Positions 13,101-62,470 are shown, numbered from the stretch's first letter. The stretch is DNA of 64,000 nucleotides from Sphaerodactylus townsendi (GCF_021028975.2 NC_059429.1:73966001-74030000); one strand, 5' to 3'. The notes: generated from the sequence alone by a model not told the origin. Translations and numbers: made by a program.

Positions 13101-13558
13101 TCACAAGATTGGGTTATACCATGCTGCCTTCTTTCCCCTACCGCATACTACTGATTACAGGTGACGACCTCTTTGTGGTATGTACACATCCACAAAAACA
13201 TAAAAGACTGGTATTTTATAAAACATCTGGGAAAGCCTTACATATTAATAGGTCATTAAAACAAATGGACAAAACTCTACCATTCCCATTTTCAACCTCC
13301 AAAATGTAAAGAAGTTGCAAATGGAAGCAATATATACTTTTCAGTCAGTCCGGGATCAACAAAATCTCCTACTGTGCTGTCTGGTGCCTCCATTTGCTTT
13401 GGCTCTTTCCCTCTTCTCAGTGCTTGTCTCTTCTGGTCTCTGGCATCATTTGTAGTTTCTCCTCCAATACAGAATTTTTCCACATGCTTCTGTAGCAGCT
13501 GCCTGGAACGGAATCTCATCTCACAGCAAGGGCAGTGGAAAGCCATCAGATCTGACAT
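1339..13558 (-). CDS. CCDC17: CCDC17-like coiled-coil protein, 5' part of gene (continues beyond left edge)
   Basis: Nine phase-compatible GT-AG exons: 13558-13373, 11299-11150, 9106-9044, 5583-5454, 4306-4147, 3529-3407, 2960-2827, 2478-2356, 1568-1339. The peptides CxxCxMxFRSxxLLxxHxxxFCIG, ALKKLTEE, ALYLAYMQSG..YELQVEAVALE, VELENQRL and LLPPPIAPPLP match CCDC17 as recalled. Confidence 0.82.
2356..2478 (-). CDS. CCDC17: CCDC17 coding exon 8 (YEGSPQGLDAELLAVELENQRL...)
   Basis: ttgcag acceptor, G|GTAGTG donor, phase 1 to 1. Confidence 0.82.
2827..2960 (-). CDS. CCDC17: CCDC17 coding exon 7 (ALYLAYMQSG...KGRKK)
   Basis: cctgcag acceptor, A|GTGAGT donor. Confidence 0.85.
3407..3529 (-). CDS. 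CCDC17: CCDC17 coding exon 6 (GKPEPP...GPLSSEI)
   Basis: tttttag acceptor, CA|GTGAGC donor, phase 2 to 2. Confidence 0.8.
4147..4306 (-). CDS. CCDC17: CCDC17 coding exon 5 (EIRGRLSEMK...QAATDS)
   Basis: tgtccag acceptor, AA|GTAAGA donor, phase 1 to 2. Confidence 0.82.
5454..5583 (-). CDS. CCDC17: CCDC17 coding exon 4 (DENRHQ...LEQQRN)
   Basis: tcctag acceptor, G|GTAGGA donor, coiled-coil peptide, phase 0 to 1. Confidence 0.78.
6723..6924. mobile_element. Palindromic hAT MITE with a central captured insert
   Basis: Arms are reverse complements; TIR C(A/C)GTGGTGGCGAACCT; same family as 16749-16894. Confidence 0.88.
6966..7202. mobile_element. Penelope-like element end, inverted pair
   Basis: Inverted copies of gatgccagccacagatgcagg(c/t)gaaacgttagg; 3' end gtgaaagcctttaacaatac. 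Confidence 0.8.
7021..7061 (-). ncRNA. Minimal type I hammerhead ribozyme motif (PLE-associated)
   Basis: Reverse complement CCU-CUGAAGA-stem II-GAAAC-GUU-AGG; core intact. Confidence 0.65.
8571..8734 (-). mobile_element. Penelope-like element 3' fragment with hammerhead motif (8657-8696)
   Basis: Same family as 6966-7202; CUGAAGA...GAAACGUU on the minus strand. Confidence 0.8.
9044..9106 (-). CDS. CCDC17: CCDC17 coding exon 3 (FHKLRMSLEDTLPTFKTSQAE)
   Basis: ttttacag acceptor, GAG|GTAAAG donor, 63 nt. Confidence 0.8.
9383..9843. mobile_element. Non-autonomous hAT (Charlie/OC1-like TIR)
   Basis: TIR (c/t)agtgatggcgaacc / ggtttaccatcactg; exact 8-bp TSD CTATACAC. Confidence 0.9.
10081..10370 (-). 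mobile_element. L2-type LINE 3' end with (TAA)n microsatellite tail
   Basis: (TTA)n at 10083-10136 abutting aaaccgccctccccgaagggctcagggcgg, the reverse complement of the L2 tail at 55141-55198; 5' boundary approximate. Confidence 0.7.
11150..11299 (-). CDS. CCDC17: CCDC17 coding exon 2 (...NQALKKLTEE)
   Basis: Donor GAG|GTACTA; exon starts at either 11299 or the in-frame 11290. Confidence 0.7.
11944..12309. mobile_element. GC-rich non-autonomous hAT
   Basis: TIR cagagatgta / tacgcctctg; degenerate 8-bp TSD; shares subterminal sequence with 47452-47980. Confidence 0.65.
12301..12414 (+). repeat. Tandem duplication, 61-bp period
   Basis: acgcctctggtgagcaagctaatctct...cttaac at 12301 and 12362. 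Confidence 0.9.
13373..13558 (-). CDS. CCDC17: CCDC17 first coding exon (MSDLMAFHCPCCEMRF...APDST)
   Basis: Acceptor ttcctag 20 nt upstream of the ATG; donor ACA|GTAGGA, phase 0 (donor less certain). Confidence 0.75.
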
Positions 13559-16224
13559 CTTTAGAAGTTTCTGATGTTCTAGGAAAGGCATTGATTATCT
13601 GAAATGTGCCAGCCACTTGATCTTCACTAGCATAACAGAGATACGCAGTTATAGCTACAGGATTTGTGAAGAGCTTTGACACTGCACGTATAGATATTTT
13701 CTTTACACAACTTCATAAAACTGCACCTCACAGAGGCCCTGATGTTTCTTAAAAATTGCTTGGACGCATCCTTCTGCCCCTTTATATATGTCTTGCCAAC
13801 TTCTAGTGGCATACAGACCACTTCTGAGTGACCCAAGAATTAACCAGATATCACTACACCTGTTCCCTAGTGATAGCCAGCGGATTTTGGTCATAGTGAG
13901 GAAGAGAAAGGAGCCATAACTACCAATACCCTCTATCATAAAGTCATGGTTTTGTTTTTCCAGGCATTGTAAGCTTGACCTCACCAGACAAGCGAGGCAG
14001 TTCTCTATGGAGTGGGAAATATTGTACAGCCGTATTGGTCCATGCAAAATCCAAAACAAAGAACAAAATCCATGTAATAGCTTTTATTCCGACAAACCAA
14101 GTCAACACAAAACATTGTGTAACCTCTTGAACTCACTAGAATTCCTTATCAGGGCAGGTTACAAAAATTTAAAAGATAGAAACAATAAAAGAAGATTTAT
14201 CAGGGCCTGAAGCACTAACGGGGAAATGCCAGCTCCCTGAAGATCTGCACATATCTATATGTGCAGCATCAAAGCCTAGCTGCTGGCACAGCTGGGGGCA
14301 GATAGGGGTATTACTGGGGTGGACTTTACTTGGTTTCCACAATCCTTCCAAGCCAGGAATGCCCTAGCATAGCCCTTGGACTTATGCCACCCTTTCCTTT
14401 TGTCCTATGGAAGGCTTTCAAGGACACAATTTCCCCCCCATTTTTGCTACTGCACCGGAGCCCTCTGGTGGAGGTGCAGCAGTGATGCTGCCGTTGGCCA
14501 CCACAGCCTCTGCACTGAGCCATAAAAATCACAAGTAGTCAATTAATTTTATTGCTGGTGTGTAACCACAGCACATTCACCAGGAAGCAGAATTCAATCG
14601 CAGTATCAATTCTTTGATCTTTCACACAAATACAGAAACCAACACAAGTCCCGCCAAAATTGTCTCAAATATCATGGGGCCTTCTGATCTGCCAGCCCCC
14701 CAATATACTATGGTTACCAGCATTTCCCAGGAACTTTCAGATACTACACTAGAGACTTGCCACATGTAACAGGGGCAAGTGTCCTCAAGTTTAATTTAAA
14801 GAAATAAATTAGAGAAAGGCTGGCTTCATAGCTCCATCCTCTAGGCCTAGTCACATGATAGAGGAAGAAAAAGGACAAATGCTCGGTTAATGTTTGTGTT
14901 AAGTGGAAATAAACATTTCCAAGATTACTTCTTGGTTTAGAAGTGCTGCATGATAGACAGATGGGGGTGCATGAGGGCATTCATTAGAATTGTATTTGAG
15001 TGGGGAGGAGGGGGAAACAGGAGGAAATGCATCCCTGTACCTCAAGAAAACCCCCAAAGTGAATGCAATTCAAGGACTAACCTGTTCTGAAGCAGAGTGG
15101 TTTTTGTTGCCTGCCCCGGAAAGGACTCGAACCAGCACTTAGAGTTTCCAGTTGCTATGCTGGTAACTGAGGGTGGTGCCAGTCTGCCAAAATAATAGTG
15201 CAAAGGAGCCCAGCAAGGCGAGGATTATCTCCATGGATATGGCTACTGTTTATGTTGGCATTCACTTTGGTTGGCATAAATAGCACCTAGGGACCAGTAA
15301 GAATGTAGCTTGTTAATATTTTGGCTGTTATGAGAGAGAGGGGTGACCTGTTATCAGAGAGTTGTATAGGATGACAATGGAGATTAAATTGACCAAAAGT
15401 AAACACAACATGTTGCATGAACCAAAGTTTTAAGAGCCATTATTCAAAAAAGTGTAGCACACTGAGAATCTGTGATAAAGGAGCTGATCCCGTGCGTACC
15501 TGGACAGTAGCATTCCCAACTCCTGGTGGGGAATACCTGGAGAGTCTGGGGATGTAGCCTAGAGAAGGAAGGGACCATCCTCAGTATAGTTTAATACCTT
15601 AGAACTCAGTCTCCAAAGCCAGCCCTTCTGCCCCAGGGCAATTGCTGTCTGAAGGTGAGTTGTAACTTCATGAGATCTCTATGTCCTGGGTAACCCTGGA
15701 GAGTGTGCCTGAAGCAGTCTTGTGTTGTTGCACACACTTGTAGGCAGGGACGTAGGTATAGATTTTTTATGGGGGGGGTTCGGGGGGGCCACACCCCCAC
15801 CCGCCCCTAGGGCATGGCCATGCCTCCCCAAGCCCTGCCCCCAGCCTAGAGCTTATAAAGCAGCTCTCCAAGGCCAAGGACGGCAGACTCCCCCGCCCTG
15901 CCCTCCCCTGCCCTCCACCAGCTGGGCTCCAAGCCGGCAGCTGGCAGTTCCTTCTGCCCTCCCCTCTGGGAAGAAGCGTAGAGGGAAAATGGAGCCCGGT
16001 GCAAAATCTGAGTCCCCCCCGCTGCCCCCCCCCCGGGCAGCCGCTGTGATGCTGGAATCCACCCCCAAACAGCATCACTTTCAATGGTGTTTAAACTGGA
16101 GAGCCCAAATTCTCCTTTTAAATCCACCTTAAAGGGAGAATCTGGGGTCCCCAGTTAAATAACATTGAAAGTGATGCTGTTTGGGGGTGGATTATCCCCC
16201 ACCATGAAACAGCATCACTTTCAA

Positions 16225-16520
16225 TGTGGCGTAGTGGTTAAGAGCAGGTGCTTTCTAATCTGGAGGAACCGGGTTTGATTCCCTGCTCTGCCACTTGAGC
16301 TGTGGAGGCTTATCTGGGGAATTCAGATTAGCCTGTACACTCCCACACACGCCAGTTGGGTGACCTTGGGCTAGTCACAGCTTTTCAGAGCTCTCTCAGC
16401 CCCACCCACCTCACAGGGTGTTTGTTGTGAGGGGGGAAGGGCAAGGAGATTGTAAGCTCCTTTGAGTCTCCTACAGGAGAGAAAGGGGGATATAAATCCA
16501 AACTCTTCTTCTTCTTCTTC
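16225..16520 (+). mobile_element. Squam3-like tRNA/CORE SINE
   Basis: tggcgtagtggttaag A box, gggtttgattcc B box, gtgaccttgggc core, (TTC)n tail. Confidence 0.85.
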
Positions 16521-16629
16521 TAAACTGAGGACCTCAGATTCTCCCTTTAAATCCATGCCGAAGGGGGTGGATTTAAAAGGAAATTTGGGGGGTGCCTGCT
16601 GTCAGGGGTTCAATTGTTAAGCTACCAGC

Positions 16630-17440
16630 ACCAAACTTTTGGGGTATCTTTAGGAGACTCTCCTAATGATACCACCCAGTTTTGGTGAAGTTTGGTTCAG
16701 GGGGTCCAAAGTTATGGACCCTCAAAGGTGTAGCCCCATCTCCTATTACCGTGGTGGCAAACCTTTGGCACTCCAGATGTTATGGACTACAATTCCCATC
16801 AGCCCCTGCCAGCACAGCCAATTGGCCATGCTGGCAGGGGCTGATGGGAATTGTAGTCCATAACATCTGGAGTGCCAAAGGTTTGCCACCACTGTCCTAT
16901 TACCTCCCATTGGAAACAATGGGGGATGGGGCACCCCCTTCGGAAGTCTATAGCTTTGGACCCCCTGGACCAAACTTCACAAAACCTGGACGGTATCAGT
17001 AAGAGACTCTCCTGATGTTACCTCCCAGGTTTGGTGAAATTTAGTTCAGGGTGTCCAAAGTTATGGACCCTCAAAGGTGTAGCCCTCATCTTCTGTTAGC
17101 TCCCATTGGAAACAATGGAGGATGGGTCACCCCCTTTGGGAGTCCATAACTTTGGACCCCCTGGACCAAACTTCACAAAACCTAGGTGGTATCAGTAAGG
17201 GACTCTCTTGATGATACCACCCAGGTTTGGTGAAATTTAGTTCAGGGTGTCCAAAGTTATGGACCCTCAAAGGAGTAGCCCCCATCTTCTATTAGCTCCC
17301 ATTGGAAACAATGGAGGATGGGGGCACCCCCTTTGGGAGTCCATAACTTTGGACCCCCTCAACCAAACCTCACCAAACCTGGGTAGTATCATCAGGAGAG
17401 TCCACCAAACAATCCCTGAAAGTTTGGTGCTGCTAGCCCA
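16630..17440 (+). repeat. Tandem array, ~196-bp unit, about 3.3 copies
   Basis: ccaaacttcacaaaacct recurs at 16970 and 17166; units contain internal inverted motifs. Confidence 0.85.
16749..16894. mobile_element. Intact 146-bp palindromic hAT MITE
   Basis: Near-perfect palindrome centred on CCAATTGG; exact 8-bp TSD TCCTATTA. Confidence 0.93.
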
Positions 17441-18120
17441 AACAATGGGCCCCCTGCAGGCCCAAAACCGAAAAACACTAAAAATGTTTTAAAAACCCAC
17501 AAACGGGTGGGCGGAGCTTCGGACATGAAGGGGGGGGGTTCAAACCCGAGAACCCCCCCTTAACTACGTGCTTGTTTGTAGGGAAGAACATTTAGGAGGA
17601 ATATCTGCTCCTTTCTTTGAAACAAAATCCCAAAGTACAAAAACTACAAAAGTGCCTGCCTACCACCCTTTCATTCTTCCACTTTTTTGCTTGCATGTAG
17701 GCTGAACAGATGAAATAAAGAAACGACCATCATAAACATATACCCTTTCCAGACCATTCAAGTCAATGGGATCAGAAGGGTATAACTCCGTTTAGGAACA
17801 TGGTGTTAAACGATCAGTTTCATCCCCGGCTGAACAGTTAGCTAGTTATTATGGTATTTCAAGACAAATATTTACAGTACCAACCACTTTACAATACAAG
17901 CAACAAACGAAAGCATCTTGCTGCAGTCCAATATTTAATTGAGTTCATCTACTTGTAATTTTGTCTCATAAAGAGCCAGTTGCATCTTTTTATTTCTACC
18001 CTGCCCCTTAATGATTCCAGATACTATTTTCAATTGAAGATGCAGGGTATGGGTAAAATTAGGGTTTTTTAAAGGTGCTAGCCGTTCAATACACTGTGCG
18101 CAATACTTTTTGATTACACT

Positions 18121-19139
18121 CTCAGTTTAGAAGAAGACGACGACTTTGGATTTATATCCCCCCTTTCTCTCCTGTAGGAGACTCAAAGGAGCTTACAATC
18201 TCCTTGCCCTTCCCCTCTCACAACAAACACCCTGTGAAGTGGGTGGGGCTGAGAGATCTCCGAGAAGCTGTGACTAGCCCAAGGTCACCCAGCTGGTGTG
18301 TGTGGGAGTGCACAGGCTAATCTGAATTCCCCAGATAAGCCTCCACAGCTCAAGTGGCAGAGCAGGGAATCACACCCGGTTTCTCCAGATTAGAAAGCAC
18401 CTGCTCTTAACCACTATGCCACATTGAAAGTGATGCTGTTTCAGGGTGGGGGATAATTCACCCCAAAACAACATCACTTTCAATGTTGTTTAACTAGGGA
18501 CCCCAGATTCTCCCTTTAAGGTGGATTTAAAAGGAGAATTTGAGCTCTCTAGTTTAAACACCATTGAAAGTGATGCTGTTTGGGGGTGGATACCAGCATC
18601 ACAGCAGCTGCGAGGGGGGTGGGGGCAACTCAGATTTTGCACCAGGCTCCATTTTCCCTCTACGGAGAAGAATTTGGATTTAAATCCCCCCTTTCTCTCC
18701 TGTAGGAGACTCAAAGGGGTTTACAATCTCCTTGCCCTTTCCCCCTCACAACAAACACCCTGTGAGGTAGGTGGGGCTGAGATCTCTGAGAAGCTGTGAC
18801 TAGCCCAAGGGCATCCAGCTGGCATGTGTGGGAGTGTACAGGCTAATTTGAATTCCCCAGATAAGCCTCCACAGCGCAGGCGGCTGAGCTGGGAATCAAA
18901 CTGGCTTCCTCCAGATTAGATACATGAGCTCTTAACCTCCTACGCCACTATGCCGCTGCTGGCTGGGAGGGGGTGGGAGGGCAGGGGAATCTGCCCTCCA
19001 AGCCTTCGAGATCTGCTTTTATAATCGCAAGGCCAGGTGCGGGGCTTGGGGAGGCGTGGCCATACCCTAGGGGTAGGTGGGGGTGTGGTCCCACCCCCAA
19101 AGCCCCCCCCCCCCTAAAAAATCTATACCTACGTCCCTG
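18121..19139 (-). mobile_element. Truncated inverted copy of the composite hAT with two SINEs (18130-18422, 18665-18955)
   Basis: Reverse complement of 15745-16528, including the identical SINE junction. Confidence 0.8.
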
Positions 19140-19555
19140 CATAAGGTATAGTCGGTTTGGGATATCAAATGGCAACGTTTCTTGGAAGACACGTGCCCCA
19201 TCTACTTAAATGACTGCTGAAAAACGACATGTCCTGGGAGACCGTGACTTTAGAGGACGACATATCCCCTATACTTTCCACCAAATGAGTTACTCTCGGC
19301 TTCTTGAGTTGCGCGGCATTTTGGGAGATGTAGTTCTCTGTCAAACAAGGGTAGACGGAACCATGTGCCTAGCGGCATGCTGGTAGCTGTAGTTCTGCGG
19401 GTGTAAGCAATCGGAGAGATGTGGTCCCGGCAGGCTTTGCGGGACCGCCCCATTCAAAAGGGCAGCGGTTGGTTACATGTTTCTTTTCGCTACTGGTTTC
19501 GTGTTCGGAGGTGCTGTCTGTTTGCCGAGCCTCACCGGTGGCCTTGTCCAGTATT

Positions 19556-45942
<26,387 letters not shown>

Positions 45943-46321
45943 TAACCACCTACTAGTTGAATGAATGTTTTTTTCTCTGAACTTTGTCTCCTTTTGTTTG
46001 GTGTTACTGCATTTAAAATGCAATTAGAAGGTTCACCTATCCTACTTTACTGGGGATTCCACCCTTGGTGAATAGAAGGGGCAGAACTCTGCCAGTATTT
46101 CTGGGATTCTGCTTGTTTTTCAATATTGAAGGCCACAGAAGGAGGGTATTCCACTGTCACTTCAATAAGCATGTATATTTTTCAAGTGTCAATACAATCT
46201 TTGCTCTAAATATTACCTTTGGAATGCTACAACTGAATGCAATCCAATTCTCTTTTCTCCAGGATTTTCCTCCTTTTAAAGTTTTTTAAATACAAAAAAT
46301 TAATAGCTTATCTTGTTTATA

Positions 46322-46327
46322 AATAAA
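46322..46327 (+). terminator. Candidate KIF2C polyadenylation signal
   Basis: AATAAA about 380 nt after the stop, followed by T/GT-rich sequence. Confidence 0.55.
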
Positions 46328-47451
46328 TATCGTGAATTCATTCACTTCTGTCTTGTGAGGATCCTGAATTTTTGTGCCAGTCTCCAAATGACCTGCAGAA
46401 AAGCTGAAGCTAATCTTTATGAGGTTGTAACATTTATTTTACTTCATTTATCAACTTTCTCCCCAGTGAGGGCCCAAAACAGTTTATATAGCTTTCCTCT
46501 CTTCCATTTTATCTTCACAGCCACACTATGAGGTAGCGGACCTTAGACTGTCTGACTGGCCCAGTATGGCACAGTAGAGATTTGAAACTGGATCTCCCAG
46601 ATCTCACACTTTTTAATGTTACAGCTAGAGATAACTTTCCATAAGGAGCCTGTTCTCAGCAACTGTCTTGTGGCAAGTGTAAAAGGTATAGTGATCCTCT
46701 AACCAACATTAGACGCAGCCGTTTCTATTTTTACTCATCCTTTTTAACTCTAAAAGTTCCTGTGGTCCTTTCTCTGCCTTTACTCTGCCCCTTATGGGGC
46801 TAATAATAGCAGGGAATTGAGCTTCTAAAGGAGGATTCAATTTAGCTTCCTGCTGGAATGAAAGCAATAGGAAGAAGGAAGTTACTACTCAGAACTGATA
46901 TACACTGGTCCAATCAAGCTGTTCCATGTGAGGTCAGTGAAAGAGGTGAGGTTATGCACATAAAAGTGCAGGGCTGTAACTGGGGCTCAAGAGTGCATAG
47001 ATTACTCCTGTAGCCTATCAGCTATTAAAAATAGCAGAAAAGCATTCCTGGTACATTTTAAGTAAAGTGCAATTTTAGTTCTCTGCTCACCATCCCACCT
47101 ACCCCACACATAATTAAGCTGTATATATGTTTGGAATAGCTCTCTTTTGTGTTCCTCGGTGTGTGCATGACAGATTTGAGTCCACAAGCACCTTAGAGAC
47201 CAACGAGAGTTTCAGGGTTTAAGCTTTTGAGTCAAAATTCCCTTTGTCAGATACTTACCAGGTGGGTGCGATCTATTTTAATTGCTGGAAAACTTCATTT
47301 GCTCACCTTTTTTATGCTACCATTGCTTCTACTCCAAAAAAGGTGTTTAGGTCAGAAATGATAGTTTATAAAACACATATTCCTGTCTGCTGGGTCACAG
47401 AGAAGGGAATATGTGATAAAGAAGGAAAGTACCAGTAAGTGCACCTTAGAG

Positions 47452-47980
47452 CAGGGGTATCCCATGTCCCTGGGCGCATGGCATTTTGTCATGTGGGGGG
47501 CACCAGCCTGGTCCCCAGACTTCTCCTGTGGAGCAGCAACCTGCTCCTTGTGTGCCAGGGCACTCCTCGTCAGCCAAGCTACTCGCCATGGCAGTAGACC
47601 GGCTCAACCTCCACCCCCTGGGGAGGGCAGGAGTCAGCCTACCACCACAATGCCAGTCCAAGCTGCCCACCACCAAGCCCCGGCCTCCCTGCAGGTTGGC
47701 TCCTGGCCCAGCAGCAGGCAGCCCAGGCAAGCGCTGTGGTGGCAGGCCAGCCCCTGGAAGGCAGAAACCAGCTGCCGCTGGGCCCTACCCTCCCCAGCCT
47801 CCATGGAGAGGGTAGGAGCCGGCCTGCAGGGAGCCCCCCCCCCCAACATCTGCATTGGAAGCCATGCCTGCCTCATGGGTCCGCAGCAGGCTCCCAGCCT
47901 GGCCCACGGCTTACAAAGTTAAGGGGGTGTGCTCAGAGCAGGTGTTGCTCTGGGCTCCATTTCCCCCTGGTACACCTCTG
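47452..47980. mobile_element. GC-rich non-autonomous hAT (intergenic)
   Basis: TSD ccttagag / ccttagaa; ends ggtacacctctg; explains the local GC-rich ORFs. Confidence 0.7.
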
Positions 47981-48192
47981 CCTTAGAAAATAAGATCATA
48001 AGATGGAGCATGTGTGCATGAGCATAAAGGGGAAGCAGTATGAGGGAAGCATGCATATTGTAAGGGAGGAAATGAGCACAACCCATCCTGAAAAATCTTG
48101 GCTAAATTTCCATTCTTCCCATTTTTATACTGCTACTGAACATTGTGGGTTCTGTGTGCTACAGCACTGCTCTCCTTAAAAACCAATCCTAT

Positions 48193-48323
48193 CTGGACAC
48201 AGTGTGTAACGGACTTCCCTCTGAGATACACCTCTGAAGATGCCAGCCACAGATGCAGGCGAAATGTTAGGAACAAGATCCACCAGACCATGGCCACACA
48301 GCCTGGAAAACCCACCACAACCA
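48193..48323 (+). mobile_element. Penelope-like fragment with hammerhead motif (48231-48271)
   Basis: Flanked by aaccaatcctatct repeats; CUGAAGA...GAAAUGUU. Confidence 0.8.
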
Positions 48324-48772
48324 ATCCTATCTTGTTCTATCAGCCAATATTTCTCCTCTGCAGAGCCTCTGTATTAAAAATACAGCCATTCATTATAGTC
48401 AGACATCAGTTTTGGGGATGCAATAAGAAACTTGTTTATTATATTCCAAAGTACCTGGAATAAAATGTCTTTGTTGCAGGAAATCTTCCATTGTTCTGAA
48501 AGCCTCACTGGATGATGCTCCTTTTAAAGGTATGATGCCAGAAAGCTTTATCCAGTTAATATATTTTAATTAGTAACCAAAACAAGAACTCTTCTGAGTA
48601 TTTGAGTTATTCAACATGAAAGAAGTTCGTCAAGTATAGTCTGCATTGCAGTTGTACACCTTGATCTATTCCCTGAGTGGGAAGAAGGGCCTGACAAATG
48701 GGCATACACTAGAAGGGTCATATGAAAAACTGGAAGAATAACATAGACAAGAGAGCTCAATATTTGAGGAAG

Positions 48773-60252
<11,480 letters not shown>

Positions 60253-60480
60253 TCAGATAATAGTTTTGCAGCCCAATCCAGAACTGTCAGGCAGATGAGG
60301 ACGGCAGCACTCCAGTGCTTCTCCGCCTCCTCCAGAGAGCTTTTCTGCATTGAGGGAAGCCCTAAAAAGTTTTTTAAAGTGAAAATCCCCCACAGCAGGG
60401 AGTAGAGATGCACCATGATTTCATGGCATATCTGCACCAGCAGCTCTAATAGCGTTAAGGAGGCCTACCAGGCTCTAGAG

Positions 60481-60990
60481 CAGTGGTGGCGAACCTATGG
60501 CACAGGTGCCAGAGGTGGCACTCAGAGCCCTCTCTGTGGGCACACACAAATAGAGTGCCCCCCAACATCTAGGCTGCCCTGGGCCGCTGGGCTCGATTAT
60601 TAGCATTAATCCTAAGACCTAGTTTTGGGGAAGCAGTGTAAGTAACCCTGTTAAGCGCTGTTAAACCCCACTGATTTTCATGTGAAGAACTAAAGCACGA
60701 TCCTTTACCTGGGAGTAAGCTCGGTTGCTGGCAATGGGGCTTGCTTCTGAGTAAACCCTGAGTAAACCCTCGTGATTCACCTGTTGGAAGAGTTGCACGG
60801 TTGCTTCAAAGCAAAGCCACCAACTACCACCAAGCTTGCTCCCGAGTAACGCACACCTCTGAGCCAACCGTTTTTTCTAAACTAAAACCTCAGTATTCAA
60901 ATTAGATTGCCATGTTGGCACTTTGCGATACATAAGTGGGTTTTGGGTTGCAATTTGGGCACTCGGTCTCAAAAAGGTTCGCCAGCACTG
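60481..60990. mobile_element. Non-autonomous hAT (Charlie/OC1-like TIR)
   Basis: TIR cagtggtggcgaacct / aggttcgccagcactg; exact TSD CTCTAGAG (NTCTAGAN preference). Confidence 0.92.
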
Positions 60991-62470
60991 CTCTAGAGGC
61001 TGATTAATGTCAGCCCTGCCCCCCAGCCTGCCCACACCAGCACAGTGTTTTACACTAGCAGGTCTGGGCAATGGAGCCAGCTTCCGGATCAGGCACCATG
61101 CAAGTTGTCTCCCCACCAGCGTATCTGTCTCTTGTGCCAGCAGAAAGGACATTTCACAGGTGCAGAGGTGAGCTGACTCCAGAGGAGGACTTCCACCCCG
61201 ATTGGGCTACCTGTCTAGTAAATTGGGAAATACCACAGACTTTCTAGCTATTCCATAAATAGCTCAGGAGAGGAAGTTTCTTCTAATAATTACTATACTC
61301 AACACACTTTGGCAAAAACAATTAAGCATTACTATTTGTGCATGAATAAATAGAATATTTATCATACATTTTAAAAGGGCCATTTAATTCAGTCCCCAGC
61401 ACATGATTGAGTTCCTGATACATTTATTCAGTTTCTACATTAAAGTCTCAAACAAAGATTTCCCAGCTTTGCTCAGCAGTTTCTTCTAAACACCAGCAAA
61501 TTTTGCAGGATTTCAGACACCTAGTTCCAATCTATCCTGGAGCAGCTTGCATTTGATGTTTCTTTTCCTCTTAGATGCCTTGGAAAAGATCTCTCAATAT
61601 CTCTTATGAAAGTGTTTTAGTTATGTTCCTATTAATCCACTTAGGAAAATTAAAAAGTACCAACAAGATCAGGATGATTTAATAAGAGTTGATAAATGAC
61701 ATACCAAGTATGTGCTCAAAGTATGTTGAATTTTGGGAGCTCCAAATCCCAAGATGCCTTCCACCCATATGTTATCTCTGGCATGCTATAACTGATGATG
61801 AAGCTACTTTATATAATTGAATTGGTATAAGAACTCGTTTTAGGGCAGTTCCACCACAAATGTTCAAAATGTGCCAACAAGCCACACACATTTTAATAAA
61901 ATGGGTCATGATGCTTATGAATTAGTGGTTTTTTTTAATTTAGAGACCCAGTTGTATATTGAGTGATTATGGAAAATAACCCTTTTACTTTACATGTTAA
62001 GATAATGCATAATTTGCAAAATGTAGGTGAAACAAGTACACATCTAATTCTCAACATAGCCAAATATGTGGATGCTTAAACTCAGAAACCGGAGCCATGG
62101 TCAGACCAGACAGATCATTCCACAAGCCTGAGAAAAGTCCCAGGTTTGCAGAAAAATCTGAAATTTTGTAAAACAATACATTGGACACCACCACCCCACA
62201 TCACCTACAGCTTTAAAAAATGCAACACCTACAGTTTTAAGAAATGAATACCCTCTGGCTGCTGCTAGACAACCACAATAGTACCATAATAGTATTGCTG
62301 GTGTTCAAGCCTTAATTTTTGTCAGTAAGGAGAGAGATGGGGTTAGTTGAGGTGTGTGAATGTGGATATGTTGAACAAAAAAAGCAGAATGAAGCCAAAA
62401 AGGCAACACCCCCCACCCCCAAATGCTGATTTTCACACACACCCGATTTTCAGGTCCATTTATGCTAGGG

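Larger units (their letters stand above)
15745..17574 (+). mobile_element. Composite non-autonomous hAT containing a SINE, 196-bp tandem repeats and a MITE
   Basis: TIR cagggacgtag / ctacgtgcttg; TSD cttgtagg / tttgtagg. Confidence 0.8.

Noticed and set aside
13985-14004. Possible 20-nt CCDC17 5'UTR micro-exon
   Set aside because: AG/GT flanks exist, but a non-coding exon cannot be supported without transcripts.
16225-16295. tRNA-like A/B boxes
   Set aside because: SINE heads continuing into CORE and tail sequence, not tRNA genes.
16630-17440. CRISPR-like regular repeats
   Set aside because: Whole units repeat with no unique spacers; eukaryotic DNA with no cas genes.
19169-19176. RFX X-box candidate ATGGCAAC
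   Set aside because: Only a half-site.
47413-47993. Cluster of intergenic ORFs up to 169 aa
   Set aside because: They lie inside a GC-rich hAT with TSDs.
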